A DNA stretch of 64,000 nucleotides from Ylistrum balloti (GCF_031769215.1 NW_026782081.1:682001-746000), one strand, 5' to 3'. Numbered from the stretch's first letter, positions 13,601-26,601 are shown. The notes: generated by a model not told the origin, from the sequence alone. Numbers and translations are program-made.

Positions 13601-16600
13601 TAAGTATTATTATATAATAATTCCCTTCAGGTAAACTGATTTATTCCTCTCTATAACCACTATCTGATTACCTGCTTTTATATACAGTTTCCCTAACTCG
13701 TAAATTGAAATAATACCTTTAAAGGTAAAACTTTAATTGCGTGTTTCTAAAACGACATTTAAACATTTCGATAGCTTTTTGAAATATTTACATCATTTCA
13801 TTGTTAAAAGTAAAATGTTATATTCAGACGTCAGTAGTTTCTTTTTTCAAAAATATTTCCTTGACTTATAAACATCATAAAAACACTGGTCATTTAAAAG
13901 AATGGTGTGGATATAGTAAATTACTGTTGGGTGGTGCGCTTAGGTTGGCTGTTATTTCCATCGCTCTTAATGTATGGGTGCACAGATATGATCACTACGA
14001 CAAGTTCGCTTCATGTGTGTTTACTAATGACTTTATAGGCGAATCAAAAGGGACCAGAACTACATCTGATAAACCTCAGAACACAGAGTGGAGCAAACAA
14101 CTTCTTAATCTATTTTTAATTTTTACTTACATAACCCTTCCTACTGCAGGGATCAACGGATATAGATACTTGTCTATAACAGGCGGCGTAAACAATATAG
14201 AATGAACAGGCATTCTGTGTGGGAGCCGTGTCTGGAAAACATTATCTATTGAAGAGAAGGATTCATTAAAGTTAAACATGTTAAAAGAAATTGTCTGCAT
14301 GCTCTTAAATTCAGATCATTCTTTTTGAAAACGACTAATTGGTCTGCACTTTATTAGTTCAAACCTGTCCACAAAAATTATGTGTAACTCTATATAGCCA
14401 TTTCCGGTCAATGTGAGATGATTCACCGATAACATTCGAACATGCGGTTTCAGTATCTCTGGTCCAACAGAATAGATGAGTTCTGGTCTATAGTGTTTGT
14501 CTTCCTGTTTGTACTGACATTACGGAAAACTGAAAGATTTCTGCTTTGTTGCTCTGCTCGGCATTCACATTAGAAACAAATCGATCACAAATCATAATTG
14601 TCTGTAAAATACGATGCCGGAGTTCAAAAAGGCTACTCTGTATGCAAGTGTAAACATATGTAAGTCAGAGTATACAAGTTTACGGAATTTGTTCCGTGTT
14701 GGTATGGATTTGTTGAGAATAAACCAACTTAAACCAATGAAAAGTACCTATATCCTAAATAACCACCAAATGCCCGTGTTGTGTTACAGACACTGTGTGC
14801 TACACATATTTTGTATAGCTTGTCACACCATTTCGACTTTTTATCGGCTTTTCTCGAACGTTAGTAAGGTATAAACGTGGTATTCTTAATCAATCACACA
14901 GTCAAATAACCCCCTGAAGTGCATTGCAATCATCGAGAGCTTACATGAGCCGTTGTCGATCGATGCCAGTGCATACATACAGTAATTCACTGAAGAAAGA
15001 TCGGCTCCTATAATAATTTTCCCCTTTTTTTATTTGTTGTGTAATGTTGGTCTGGTCATCTGCACAAATGACTAACACACATGTGTTACAATCTTACATC
15101 AGCATGATAAAAGAATCTTTTTATTGCTATACAATTTTGGTATCATTCGAACTTAAGATGGAAGCCATTTTCATTTTTTTCTATTATGAGAAACAGTTCA
15201 AAGATTCGCTAATTGTTACCTTTGTAAAGAAGATGTTTATTGGTGTAAACTGTTTTGTGTATACAGAAGAAGAGGTGCCAGCTACACCCAATGCCTCCCA
15301 ATGTGGCATGTTGGCCCATCCCAAATGTATTAACATCATAGGGACTTGGACTGTTGGGAGTTCCGGGGACTGTCTTCATGTCAATACCGGCTTCCGAATT
15401 GGAACAAGGGGATTCCGAAGAGCAGCGATGCAGGTAATTCCTTTGTGTGAATGAAATGTGCGTTAAAACGACTAGGGATTGATAAAATGTAAGTAAATTG
15501 AAATCTGATCGGCTTTATACGTCATTGTCGAATTCTTGTTGGCAAAATTTTGATATTAATGATCGATACGATTTGCTTTATTTCCGTTATTTATCATTGA
15601 AGATTCATTGGAATAATCAGAGGAGACAAGATGGCCATACCGATAGCTCTGGCTTGGTACTGTACTACACAGACAATCGCCGAACGTACGACGCCGCCAT
15701 GTTTGCCGTTGGACAGGAATTCATTGAAATTCCTCCTCGTCAACCGGAAGTTGACTTTCATTCTTCCTGTTCTAGTGATTGTACAACGGCCATGTTCCCG
15801 ACGCCTATTTATATCACCCGGGCTGTCAATCACATGCACTATATGGGCAAGTATCCAAAAGCATACACTAAAATGATACTTCACTTTCAAAAGAGTCATA
15901 TATCACTTAAATTTTCAACAAAGGTCCATTATTAATTCTGCTGTCATGACTCTGTTACAGATAGCGTTATTCAATTTGTGACCAAAAAGATATTGCGCAA
16001 ATGTTCACTAAAGCAATATTTAAAACGTCCAGTTTTTCTATCCTTCTTATGTTATCATGATTCATACAGTTGTAACTGTGAAAGTTTATAGTGTTGATTG
16101 CTGATATGATGCACCTTTTACATTTCAATCAATCTAGGTATAAAACAGAGAATTACACTGCACAGGAATGGTACGAAGATCCGGGACATCACATTTGATA
16201 ATCCCTACCGATACGACAGTCCTGTCTTCTACAAGTATGTGCACAATCCGCTTAGTCGCAAATTCGTAATAAATTTTTGAAATGTTAGACCTGATTTATA
16301 CAAAACAGTTACAGAAAAAATCAAAATTGGTTTATAGTCGTCAAACAACAATGTTTATTCCTTACATGTGATTTATGAATAAAATTGTTTGATGTCATGA
16401 AGTCTTGTGTTAATTTTGCAGGTACGACCCACCAATAGAAGTCCTTCCTGGAGATGAGATTCGGACTACTTGCACTTATTCATCTATCGACAAACAGAAG
16501 ACGGTGTATTTCGGAGACGGAACTTCCGATGAAATGTGTTTCGGGTTTATGACTTATTATCCGAGACAAAATATCCCAATGCCATATTGTACGACATGGA

Positions 16601-16983
16601 AAAGTGTAGAAAAATGCAAGCGATATCTACCCCAATTTGGAGGAATTGTCAATGAATGTCCATGGAGGACATTTTTGAGTTCGAAAAATCCGGACACAAA
16701 ACGTATTGTAGGGAATGTGCTCACACTATGCAACAATGAGTCACGTGACACGAAATGCTCCGATATCTGTACGGAAACCGTGGAGAAAAGCCGAGAGCAC
16801 GTGTGTTTAAAGGGGGATTTAGGAGAACTGCTTATGTATAAATTCAGGATTAAATATCCAGAAGTTGTCAATTATTTTTTTAAGTGTAGACGAGAAGCAG
16901 AAATGAACGGCAGCAAAAATCTAATATCATTGTCATCATTGTATGTATTATCTGTTATTTTGTCATATCACGTGTATGTCTGA
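4620..16983 (+). CDS. Temptin-domain + copper type II ascorbate-dependent monooxygenase (DBH/MOXD1-like), 5' exons not found in window
   Basis: Spliced by hand: exons 4620-4752, 12234-12335, 12713-12889, 15267-15433, 15603-15846, 16138-16234, 16422-16983 (1482 nt, frame continuous). Temptin C-terminal motif WTRDLCMMDSDGDGLTNGEELGDPDCGW...SHPG. CuH ligands THHILLFGC and IHWNN; CuM ligands NHMHYMG and DEMCFGF. All introns GT-AG except one GC-AG. Confidence 0.92.
5215..6340. repeat. 38-bp minisatellite in monooxygenase intron
   Basis: Unit ggattgagagacataggtggattgtgctaatctttatt (starts at 5223 and 5261). About 19 near-perfect copies to ~5960, then increasingly degenerate copies to ~6340. Confidence 0.95.
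10786..11730 (+). pseudogene. Decayed MULE (Mutator-like) transposase
   Basis: Fragments SSLYRRWSKVHRKLPATQGDINL...FLLCDD, GDGTFYSCLGLFCQLYSIYG and FTDYVAETL...WNHFYHN*ARTTNNVEGWYSQLN..HPNIF match MULE transposase motifs. Stops and frameshifts present. Confidence 0.85.
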
Positions 16984-18583
16984 GGAGTATTGGAGAAAAT
17001 AGTTATGTTTGTATTATGTGTACAAGTAGTTGATCTATTGAAAGAGTGGACGTGATTGTATGCAGAAGTCTGTGGATGTAATAGGTTTTTTGTTCGCGAA
17101 ATTATATCACTTCTTAAAATGCAAATTCTTATTTTGGATTATTTCTTTTGTACTGGGAAATATAAACGTCCGTCAGTAGATAGTTTACATTATGGAACCT
17201 GACTTTACCGATATTGGACTTTAAGAACACCCTTAAATACATTGTCTTTGATGATCGACAACTAACAGATTTCTAACCCTGAGTTTTCTTGTGAGCAATT
17301 TCTTGCAAACAATTGAATGGTAAGATCAGGTTCATTGAAGTGTAGAAGGCAATATTATATGGTAGTTGTTTTTTTCCTATAGTTTACATCTATACAATTA
17401 TACATTTTTTGAAATGATAAACCGAATATTGTAGGCAATGTGTATACAGAATATAACAGGGACAATATATCTTTAAGGAATATATTAAATTAACAGTATA
17501 CATATAGTATAAAGACTTCTAGTTAGATGTTTGTTGTTAATGTGTTTGTCGTTCCACTTTTACACGTACTTATATACAATTTTGTCCAAAGATTTATATA
17601 CACATGATCATAAGACAAAGCAATGACAAAATTTAAAAAAAAAACGGACTTGCAAAAGGCAAAAATGTGCAATTAAGAGTTCCAATATGATTCACGCAGG
17701 CAGTGGTTAAATTGGGCATCAACACATAAAACTGACAGGGAGTTGATAAAGATTGGATCAAGGTACACAAATTAACCGAATCTAAATACATGATGCAAAT
17801 GACACAGGAAGTGAATAAAACATTGACTTTGGTAGGAATATTAACTAAATTAATACATTATACAGTTGACATTTTGTGAAAATCATACTTGAACAAGTGT
17901 TAACAAAGGAAGTTGATGTTATACGTGACGGAGGGAGTTGGTAAAAATTGTACGTCGGTACCACGTTTCATATTTTACACAGTCAACATAACACAGATAA
18001 TTGGTATAAGTATAAGCTGGAGACTGACGTGGGAGATATGCATTATTGGGAGTAATATTATATGTTTCCTTGCACTATGGATGACCATGGAAGAAACACG
18101 AGAAGAGGTAGATAAAATACTTGAGGTAGATGACTGAAGTGTTAACGTTTAGTGAAGGTTTCCACGTGTAGTTGGATCGGCGAATGAGAAACACCACTTA
18201 AAGGTTGCCTCCGCTAACTTAATAAAATAAAGGTGAACTTTCAATTTTCATGCATAAATAGATAATGCTCTTAGATGTCAGTCCCTGTTTTTTTTATCCG
18301 TTTTGGACGATCATTGGACGAATGAGTGTCCTGTTTGAGCAGGATAATACTTTCCTAAATGCTTTACTTACCAAAACGAGACTACATTGACAAAACGAGT
18401 GTACCAACCTGTGAGAGAGCAGTGACAAAGTCGATTCAAAATGATCGTGATTGTCAACCATTATAGCGAGATAGTGAGACGACTCTTTTAATTATAAGTC
18501 TGCATATACTTTAACTATGGTACAAGACTCGGCTGACATCTTCTTCCACGGTGACCACATTTTATGGTGGGACATCACATTAC

Positions 18584-18586
<3 letters not shown>

Positions 18587-18621
<35 letters not shown>
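18587..18621. repeat. (AT)n microsatellite
   Basis: Uninterrupted atatat run. Confidence 0.95.
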
Positions 18622-18624
<3 letters not shown>

Positions 18625-21090
18625 GCTTAGGTTTCTCTAAACATTTGTTACGATAATAAATATATCATATGAGTATAAGTGTTGTTAGCATTGTAATAGT
18701 GTTTTAAGATTGCAATTTAAAATGAGAAACTTCTTAGAAATTATCTTTCCTAATGATATGATATCTTTTTAAACGGAGAGGTTACAAAAGGACATTATTT
18801 CATCCACCTTCAAATATTTGATAATATCAAAGAGATAAGTCACGAGTCGGTGACAATGATGGCACTACAGTTATTACAATACACCTATCTGAGATGTACA
18901 TAAAAGTTAACTTTGTGCCCTCAGATAATAACAAATATTATTTTACGTGTCCGTTTATTTATTTGTAGATACCTATTTCTAATGTATTTTAGTGTAAACT
19001 TCATTAGATCTGCGTTTGTTGGTTTTTATATACCGCGATATAAATGGATTTTCTTCATTTTTTATATTTAGATGTATTTATTTCTTGTAATTTTTTCTAT
19101 AGTCGTGATGAGCCGGAGGCGGAGTTTGTTATTACACACATTGTTGCGACACTCGCAGTAATAGAGATAAGTCCTCGTTTATGTCATGTTCAGCTAATAA
19201 ACCAAATGAATGACATAGAGAGAAAACAACAATGAATAAAATGGTGTAAGGAAATTATTCTTCATATTCAAATGCGATAGATCTTCGATTGATAATTAAA
19301 AAAAAAGAAAATCCTGTGAATTGTGTGGTGTTTACAACCTTAATACATCGCCGTGTACTTAAAGTGATGATGAATTGCTTTGATCAGCTGTCATAGCAAG
19401 ATTTTTAATTGCTCTCATGATCTAATATGGGTTTGATAATAACGGAAAGTTTTACTTTGATAAATGTACATTTATAATCAGTCCTTTTATATCGATGATT
19501 GAATTTTTTTTAAGAAACTGAATTGTAATGTATAGTAAGTAGACATTCCAATACTAAAACAATGATACAATGAGCTTTTTGTGTTGTGTTAATGTAAGGC
19601 ATGGTATCTAATTTTAAATGTAAGATATTTACGCAGAGATCAGTGTTTGTTGTTTTTCCCCGTCACAGTGTATAATAGAGGATGTGTCGCATCGTGTGAG
19701 ACAAAACATTTTCTGTCACTGAAAGTACAATATTCAAGTTATACTACAATGTTCAAAGCGGAGGATATTTTTGGACGATAATGGAGAAGACGGCATTCTT
19801 ACCCCTAGTTGGATACCATTTACCAAATTAACATATATCAAATTATTTGCTTTTCAAAGATATTATTCATCTTCTTGTAGATATGTCATGGTATATAAAA
19901 TCAACTTTGACAGAAAAAATGATTAGAAATTAAGGCAGCACCGATTGAGAAAATTCATTTCTGGTGAAGGAGGCAAAATTCTACAGGTGTGGCCCCTTGT
20001 TACCACCACCAATCCCCGATAACTATTCCCCAGACTGATAGAATGACGGATGTTGTGACATTCAATAAGCTGCAGATGCTGGAGTAGTTTAAAGTTGGCG
20101 GGAGAGTGAGTGTATGATATGTATCCCGGACATGTAGTTGGCAACAATCTCTATGGTAATAGCTATGAAGAAAGCTATATATATGTTTCTTTTACCGAAA
20201 CACAAACCAACTCTACAGGGTACAGTTTTATTAGTGTGAGAAGTTATGTTTTGTTGCAAGGAATAACATTTTATTGGAAAACACATTCTTGGTAGATTTA
20301 ATCACTTTGTCGAGGGAAATTGTTTGTAAATTGTTGTAGTTGAGAGATATAATTTCGTGATATCTTTCCTTGGTGAGGTATAATTTCGTTGTACCTAGCT
20401 ACAAACGTTTTGTTTTAATGAATAGGTTTTCTTTATGATATTTAATTTGTGGTTTGTATTTTTGAAGTGAATCTTTTGCTGAATCAGGCATGTTACATTG
20501 TTTGTAGAGATGTGCATTATTATGTATTATGGAGAAATAGGCGGGTGATGATGGTCTCCTGTAGTTAACAAGGACATATTACCTTTTTACTGCCACCTTA
20601 GCTACTCTTAGCTACTATATTGTATGTACTTTAATGTTGTACAATAATCCACATTGTTCTCAACTTGCAGGAACTTAATATAAGTATTAGTGCATTGATC
20701 ACAGAAATGATAACGAAATTATTATCAACAGAAACCATCAACAATGAGAACAAAGAACGCCTTCCGAGAGTCAAGGAACATTTTTATAGATTTAGTAGAA
20801 TGATATCATTAGAATGACAAAGTCACTGAAAACTCTTTAAAATGCATACAAGTATTCACACACAACGTCTAAGAAAAACACATTAAAAGTGTAATTTCAG
20901 GTTAAATGTAAAATATTTATTAAAAAGAAAACTTTTTAGAAAGAATATAATTTTTTTAATAATAAGACTATCATCTATAGACATGTTAACACGCTTGATA
21001 TGTGTCATTAGCAACGAAAATAGCATAGAAGCTAGATGACTTCGAAAAATATGTGCATGTAGAGGCGTGCACCAAACACGTCCACAAACA

Positions 21091-21575
21091 ATGTCCACAA
21101 ACATAATTTACAGACGTACACCAAATATGTCCACAAACATAATTTACAGACGTACACCAAAAATGTCCACAAACATAATTTACAGACGTACACCAAAAAT
21201 GTCCACAAACATAATTTACAGACGTACACCAAAAATGTCCACAAACATAATTTACAGACGTACACCAAAAATGTCCACAAACATAATTTACAGACGTACA
21301 CCAAAAATGTCCACAAACATAATTTACAGACGTACACCAAAAATGTCCACAAACATAATTTACAGACGTACACCAAAAATGTCCACAAACTTAATTTACA
21401 GACGTACACCAAAAATGTCCACAAACGTAATTTACAGACGTACACCAAAAATGTCCACAAACATAATTTACAGACGTACACCAAAAATGTCCACACACAT
21501 AATTTACAGACGTACACCAAAATTATACACACACATAATTTACAGACGTACATCAAAAATGTCCACAAACATCAT
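21091..21575. repeat. 36-bp minisatellite (~13 copies)
   Basis: Unit atgtccacaaacataatttacagacgtacaccaaaa; explains the 12-aa periodic ORFs on both strands. Confidence 0.97.
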
Positions 21576-24506
21576 TTAAAAAATATGGCAATTAATTTTT
21601 GCGACTGAATTAATATATGAATAGGAATGGCAAATTCACAATTTACGTACATACCTTAAATGTTTATAGGAGACCTATATTACACCAACAAAATACGATT
21701 TTGCCTCTGGGTTGAACAATAAACTAAATAATATGCTTTATACTGATAACTGATATAAATAAAATATACAAATGATGTAATATTAATTTATTTCCATTCT
21801 TCATGGAGTTTAAGATGTATTAGCCAATTTATCGTTGGTAAAATCTGCAACACATCCGAAGGGAGATAACTCTATATTATTTGCAGTTAAAACAAAGTTT
21901 GTCTGTTGGCATGATTTATCGCCCCGCAATCTTTTTGATATGGAGTCTTCTTACAGTAGCTGGTGGCTACTACCCTGAACAACATAAGGAAGATCCATCT
22001 CATGCAATATAATAATCACAACAAATAGGACAAAACCACAACTGCACAGAGTGCAGTTTTAATGTCACATGATCAAGGCTTGGCGACACATAGAAGCACA
22101 GTGTAGTTAACTGCAAGTTTTCTTCGATTCCGTTACCTCTTTGTATATTTAGCCGATCTGAAACGTTATTTTCTTATCGTATAAAACATCACATCTTTAA
22201 CCAAGACCTATGTCTGAGTGCTATATACTGGTTATATATGGGATTTCCAGTTAAATGTTTTAAGAAATCTGGAGAAAAATACCTGTAAACTTTGGAATTT
22301 CGACTCATTGTCTTTTCTTATTTCAATATCATCAAAGATCGCATAGAGCTTTTTTTTTTTTTTACACCAAACAGTCTTGATCAATTCGTTTTAGCTAAAG
22401 ATCTTTTAAATGACTCATCAGTACTTGCTGTGATTGAATAATACAATTAAAATGTCAAATCAATATGAAATATGTCCTGCCAACTATTCTGTCCTATAAT
22501 TACAAGGGATCAAAGATGCTGATACTGTGTGCAGTTTCTAGGAAAATCCACTTTTTTATTGTGGATTTATTGTCGATAGAGGTACATTAACATCTACATT
22601 ACTGTACATGTTTCCATGAGGAAAAAGTATCATATGTTTTTTGCAGGATGAAAATATGATATTGACAAAATTCAACAAAGCCTTTTGTTCCATGATGCTT
22701 TCTATCTCATCACTACCGAAAATGTGTAAAGGAAGTCTACAAGAAGCATCCCTTTTTATCAATATGTAACAAATCATTAGTACATTGTAAATGTAAATTG
22801 AGGATTACTGATACAGGAACTTGATAAGACTTTACTTCTATATATTCCGAAGAGCGTTCAGAAATAATTCTATCAATACATTTGCCTGACAACAGATAAC
22901 CGACATTAAACATAACAAGAAATTTGTGTCTTTTGACAAGTCTGTATTTTCTATGTTGTATTCAACTCGTGATATTTACTAATCTTATTTGTGAGGTTAT
23001 TCACGTTTTCACTCTTTCATTTGAAATGTTTTGGCTAATAAACCTTAAATCAACAAAATACACGGATATCAATTATAATAGATAAACGGAAAATAACTAT
23101 ACATGTATACTATCTTCCGATGTTAACAGGTAAAATATTGTTGGTGGAACAAATAGCAATATAAGGGTCTCTTTTTACAGATTTTATCTTCCGATTTTGA
23201 GCGAATTTTTTTTTTCATTGCCGGTGACTTTTAAATTGCTCGAAAAAAGGATACATATCGTATAGTAAATACAAACTGGTATCAAATAAACATGTTTCTG
23301 ATACATTAAAAAAACTTTGTGAAGTTCCACGTTAGATGATAACTTCAAAATTTTCAACTGTCTATATATGCAGTGTCAACGAAACGAATCTATAGTGAAA
23401 TACATCTTTTGTAGATTTGTAGAGTCCAATGGTGTTGATGTTGTTGATTTTAGTGTAGTGATGCCACTGAAATCCAACTTGTAGTTTTCATGTTTACTTT
23501 CGAATGTATAAACACGTATATTTACAAAGTGCATACACCGATTTACAAATTACATTCTAACAGGCAAGGCCCGAGTGAGCGGGCGTCCCGCCAGTGGATA
23601 CTTGCCTCTCTCCTCCGTCTCTCCCGTGGGCATCCCCTATTCTAGCAGATCAAGAGGGCTCTATTTATACCAAACGTTTAACATAACATCTGGTTGTAAG
23701 ATGACATAAGTACTGTTTTTTTATTGACCTTGCATGATCCATGTATATCAACTTAGAACATACGACCAGACTTACGACGGTTACCTGATCGACCATGTGA
23801 ATGTAATGTTTAAAATTTCGAAGAATATTTTAAGTAGAATAAAACATATAAAAATACAGTTCAACGTTATAGTTACAGGACAAAGACATTTATCGAAATT
23901 TCTGCTAAATATTACTAGAGAACATTACCACAGCTTACTGAGAAGAAAGGACCAGCGAAAGAGAAGGGAAAAGACTGCAAGAATATGAACGTCTGAATGG
24001 AATTCACAGGCATTGAGAAAGATGATGACGTGAATGGAATTTAAATGTAAAAAGATACAGAGATATGTGAAACAATTGCGATAAAAAGATATATATATAT
24101 AGTATCATTCATTATATATGTAAGTGGATGTTGGAGTATGTCCTCCTGTCTTTTCTTTCGTTCTTTCTTTACTTTACTTTAAAATATTCAAACAGTCTAA
24201 CTTTCAACCAAGAACATTATTCAAACCTGCAGAACTCAGGTTTTCTTTTAGTTCCAATATGTCTGTGAAAATGTCTAATGTCTTGTGTAAGATGCAAGGG
24301 AAACTCGGGTTAACAATATTTAAATATGCAGGAATATGTGTTAAACATATCAATTATCTATTGTAAAGATCACCGGCTGAATCATGTGTTTTGAAATATC
24401 TTCCAGCCGATTTTACTAACATGGAATGGTAACAAATGTTAAATACAATACACAGGTGTATGAACCGAAACCTAAGTATCTGATGAACCATGCCCAAAAT
24501 CATCTG

Positions 24507-24703
24507 NNNNNNNNNNNNNNNNNNNNNNNNNNNNNNNNNNNNNNNNNNNNNNNNNNNNNNNNNNNNNNNNNNNNNNNNNNNNNNNNNNNNNNNNNNNNNN
24601 NNNNNNNNNNNNNNNNNNNNNNNNNNNNNNNNNNNNNNNNNNNNNNNNNNNNNNNNNNNNNNNNNNNNNNNNNNNNNNNNNNNNNNNNNNNNNNNNNNNN
24701 NNN
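24507..24703. other. Assembly gap (197 N)
   Basis: Run of n. Confidence 1.
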
Positions 24704-25588
24704 CTCTCATTTCATTTATGCTGCTTTTATCACAATATTTCTGGTCCGTGTACTAGTCTGTCACATGTTTTAGCAGTCCCTATACTTAAAGTACTCGAAC
24801 CTCGCCGGAAGGACCACTTTGTGACTTTGTTTCATTCCTAGGAATACGGCATGGGAATTCAGTTTGATATCATTGCTACTTGTTTGATGGTGAAACTCGT
24901 CTTGTTACCCGCAACGCTTTGACGGTTTGAAATCATGATTAGTGGTCAAGCCGACGTGGGCGAATCGCACGAATCGTAGTTGTAATATATATGGATATTT
25001 CGTGACTTTATGAAACATTGATGTACAAACATTTTTCCAAAACAATTTTCTGATTGATTTTTAACGTTATCAGGTAACCCATATTTGGAAAAAACGGAAG
25101 AAAAACGGTACAAATTCCGACGTGAACTCAGTGGTCGTGACCCTGTACGTACATGTACACTGTATGCCTCATGGCAATGTCAGAAAACTTAACATGGTTA
25201 CAGTTTCATCAAAGTGTTAGATTCAAGAAAGAAAATAAAGCAAGATTTAATTTGAAAAGAAGTCAGAGGGTATTGATAATTTCGATCTCAAGAAGATAAT
25301 TATTATATCCATTGTAGTCTGGGAACAAGTAACAAGCTGAGGTCAGGGGTCACTATTGCAGTAATAAGCACGCATCATTCTGATTGGTCAGATGCGAGAT
25401 ATTTTATGATTGAAATTTTATGAATGAAAGTAGTAGTTCAAAAATTTCTCCTAGATTTTTTCTTATTTGACGTAGAAAATTTTAAAGATATATGCGACAT
25501 TACATTGAGAACGTTTTCATGTTCTATTTTATGAAGTGAAAGACACTACATGCATATAAGGAGATACTACAGTTAATAAACATTGAAC

Positions 25589-26584
25589 CTAACACCGACA
25601 TTTAAAAAATACGGATACAAATATCTGTCTAAATTTCTTTCCTACTGCAACGTATATGACAAAGTTGATGCTAGAATTTACCACATACAAGAAGTTGATA
25701 ACCAGACCTATTTTAGAACCCCTTGTTATCAAATATTCCAAATGGCTTATAAATCCTAGTGTTTGTACAACAGTGAATACAACAACGATTACAACAATTG
25801 TTTTAGTAACGTTAACCTTCTCGCTCATTCTTCCATCTGTCTCGACACCCATGCGTTTACGATGAATCTGCATTCTCTTCAGTTCTTTAATTATCAGTAT
25901 GTTAAAGGTCAATAATATACTTAATGGGACTGCAAAGTAAAACAAAGTGTACATCCAAACCGAGTATACTTCGACGTAAAACGAACTTTCTCCAAAGTCT
26001 GTCCATAAACAATATGTAGTTGAATTCATGCCATCACACAGTGTTTTATCTACTTCAGTGGCAAAGAAATGGGGTATGTTGTATAATACCGAACACAAGG
26101 CGTTAACGAATATGGAGACCAGCACGTTTCTCCTGCTATGTAAACAAGAATATTTAAAAGGATGACATATTGCTAAATATCTCTCAGCTGAAACGAACAC
26201 GATTATATATACATTAAACATCTGTGACGTCAACATGGCGAATTTTGATGTGGCCAATCCCTGATGCCAGACAGCATTTCCCTCCAAATCTTGCAGTATC
26301 AACCCAGGTACTAATAATACAGCAGTGGTGATGAGTACAATATCGGACACAACCAAAGCACGAAGGAGCAGATTAGTCGTGGATGCCATGCCTTTACTCC
26401 AAAGAACAATGGCCGTCACAATGTTTCCGACGTAGCCAAGGAACACGGCAATAGGGATTGATATTCCATACATAGCGAAGATGTAGGAAAATGGTGTACT
26501 CGTTGAAAAAGCGTCAGAACTGTTGTCCTCGGCTATAGATCTGGAAATATTCATGAGTTTTGAAACATTGTGTATTAATCCCAT
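25589..26584 (-). CDS. Class A (rhodopsin-like) GPCR with a single coding exon, FMRFamide/sex-peptide-receptor-like
   Basis: Seven hydrophobic segments: TM1 VGN, TM2 LVVSD, TM3 SAERYLAICHPF, TM4 YNIPHFF, TM5 AVPL, TM7 NSSINFVIY, helix 8 KKFRQIF. N-terminal sequons NVS, NIS, NSS. The ORF track start at 26593 is TTG; the first true ATG is 26584 (331 aa). Confidence 0.93.
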   Translation of the reverse strand: MGLIHNVSKLMNISRSIAEDNSSDAFSTSTPFSYIFAMYGISIPIAVFLGYVGNIVTAIVLWSKGMASTTNLLLRALVVSDIVLITTAVLLVPGLILQDLEGNAVWHQGLATSKFAMLTSQMFNVYIIVFVSAERYLAICHPFKYSCLHSRRNVLVSIFVNALCSVLYNIPHFFATEVDKTLCDGMNSTTYCLWTDFGESSFYVEVYSVWMYTLFYFAVPLSILLTFNILIIKELKRMQIHRKRMGVETDGRMSEKVNVTKTIVVIVVVFTVVQTLGFISHLEYLITRGSKIGLVINFLYVVNSSINFVIYVAVGKKFRQIFVSVFFKCRC

Positions 26585-26601
26585 GATTTTCAAGAGTTAC
26601 T

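Noticed and set aside
15851-15852. Canonical GT donor for monooxygenase exon 5
   Set aside because: It shifts the frame and gives a premature TGA; the GC donor at 15847 preserves homology
17913-18137. Hydrophobic 74-aa ORF as GPCR fragment
   Set aside because: TTG start, no receptor motifs, no extension in either direction
19923-20147. Kringle-like GNSYRGLVVVTRGHTC on minus strand
   Set aside because: Spacing is off, the conserved Trp and remaining Cys are missing, and no flanking exons were found; probably chance
21032-21579. 170- and 178-aa repetitive ORFs
   Set aside because: Translations of the 36-bp minisatellite
22385-22425. Second hammerhead candidate (CUGAUGAGUC on minus strand)
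   Set aside because: No GAAA box after the putative stem II
24354-24773. ORFs containing X runs
   Set aside because: They read through the N gap
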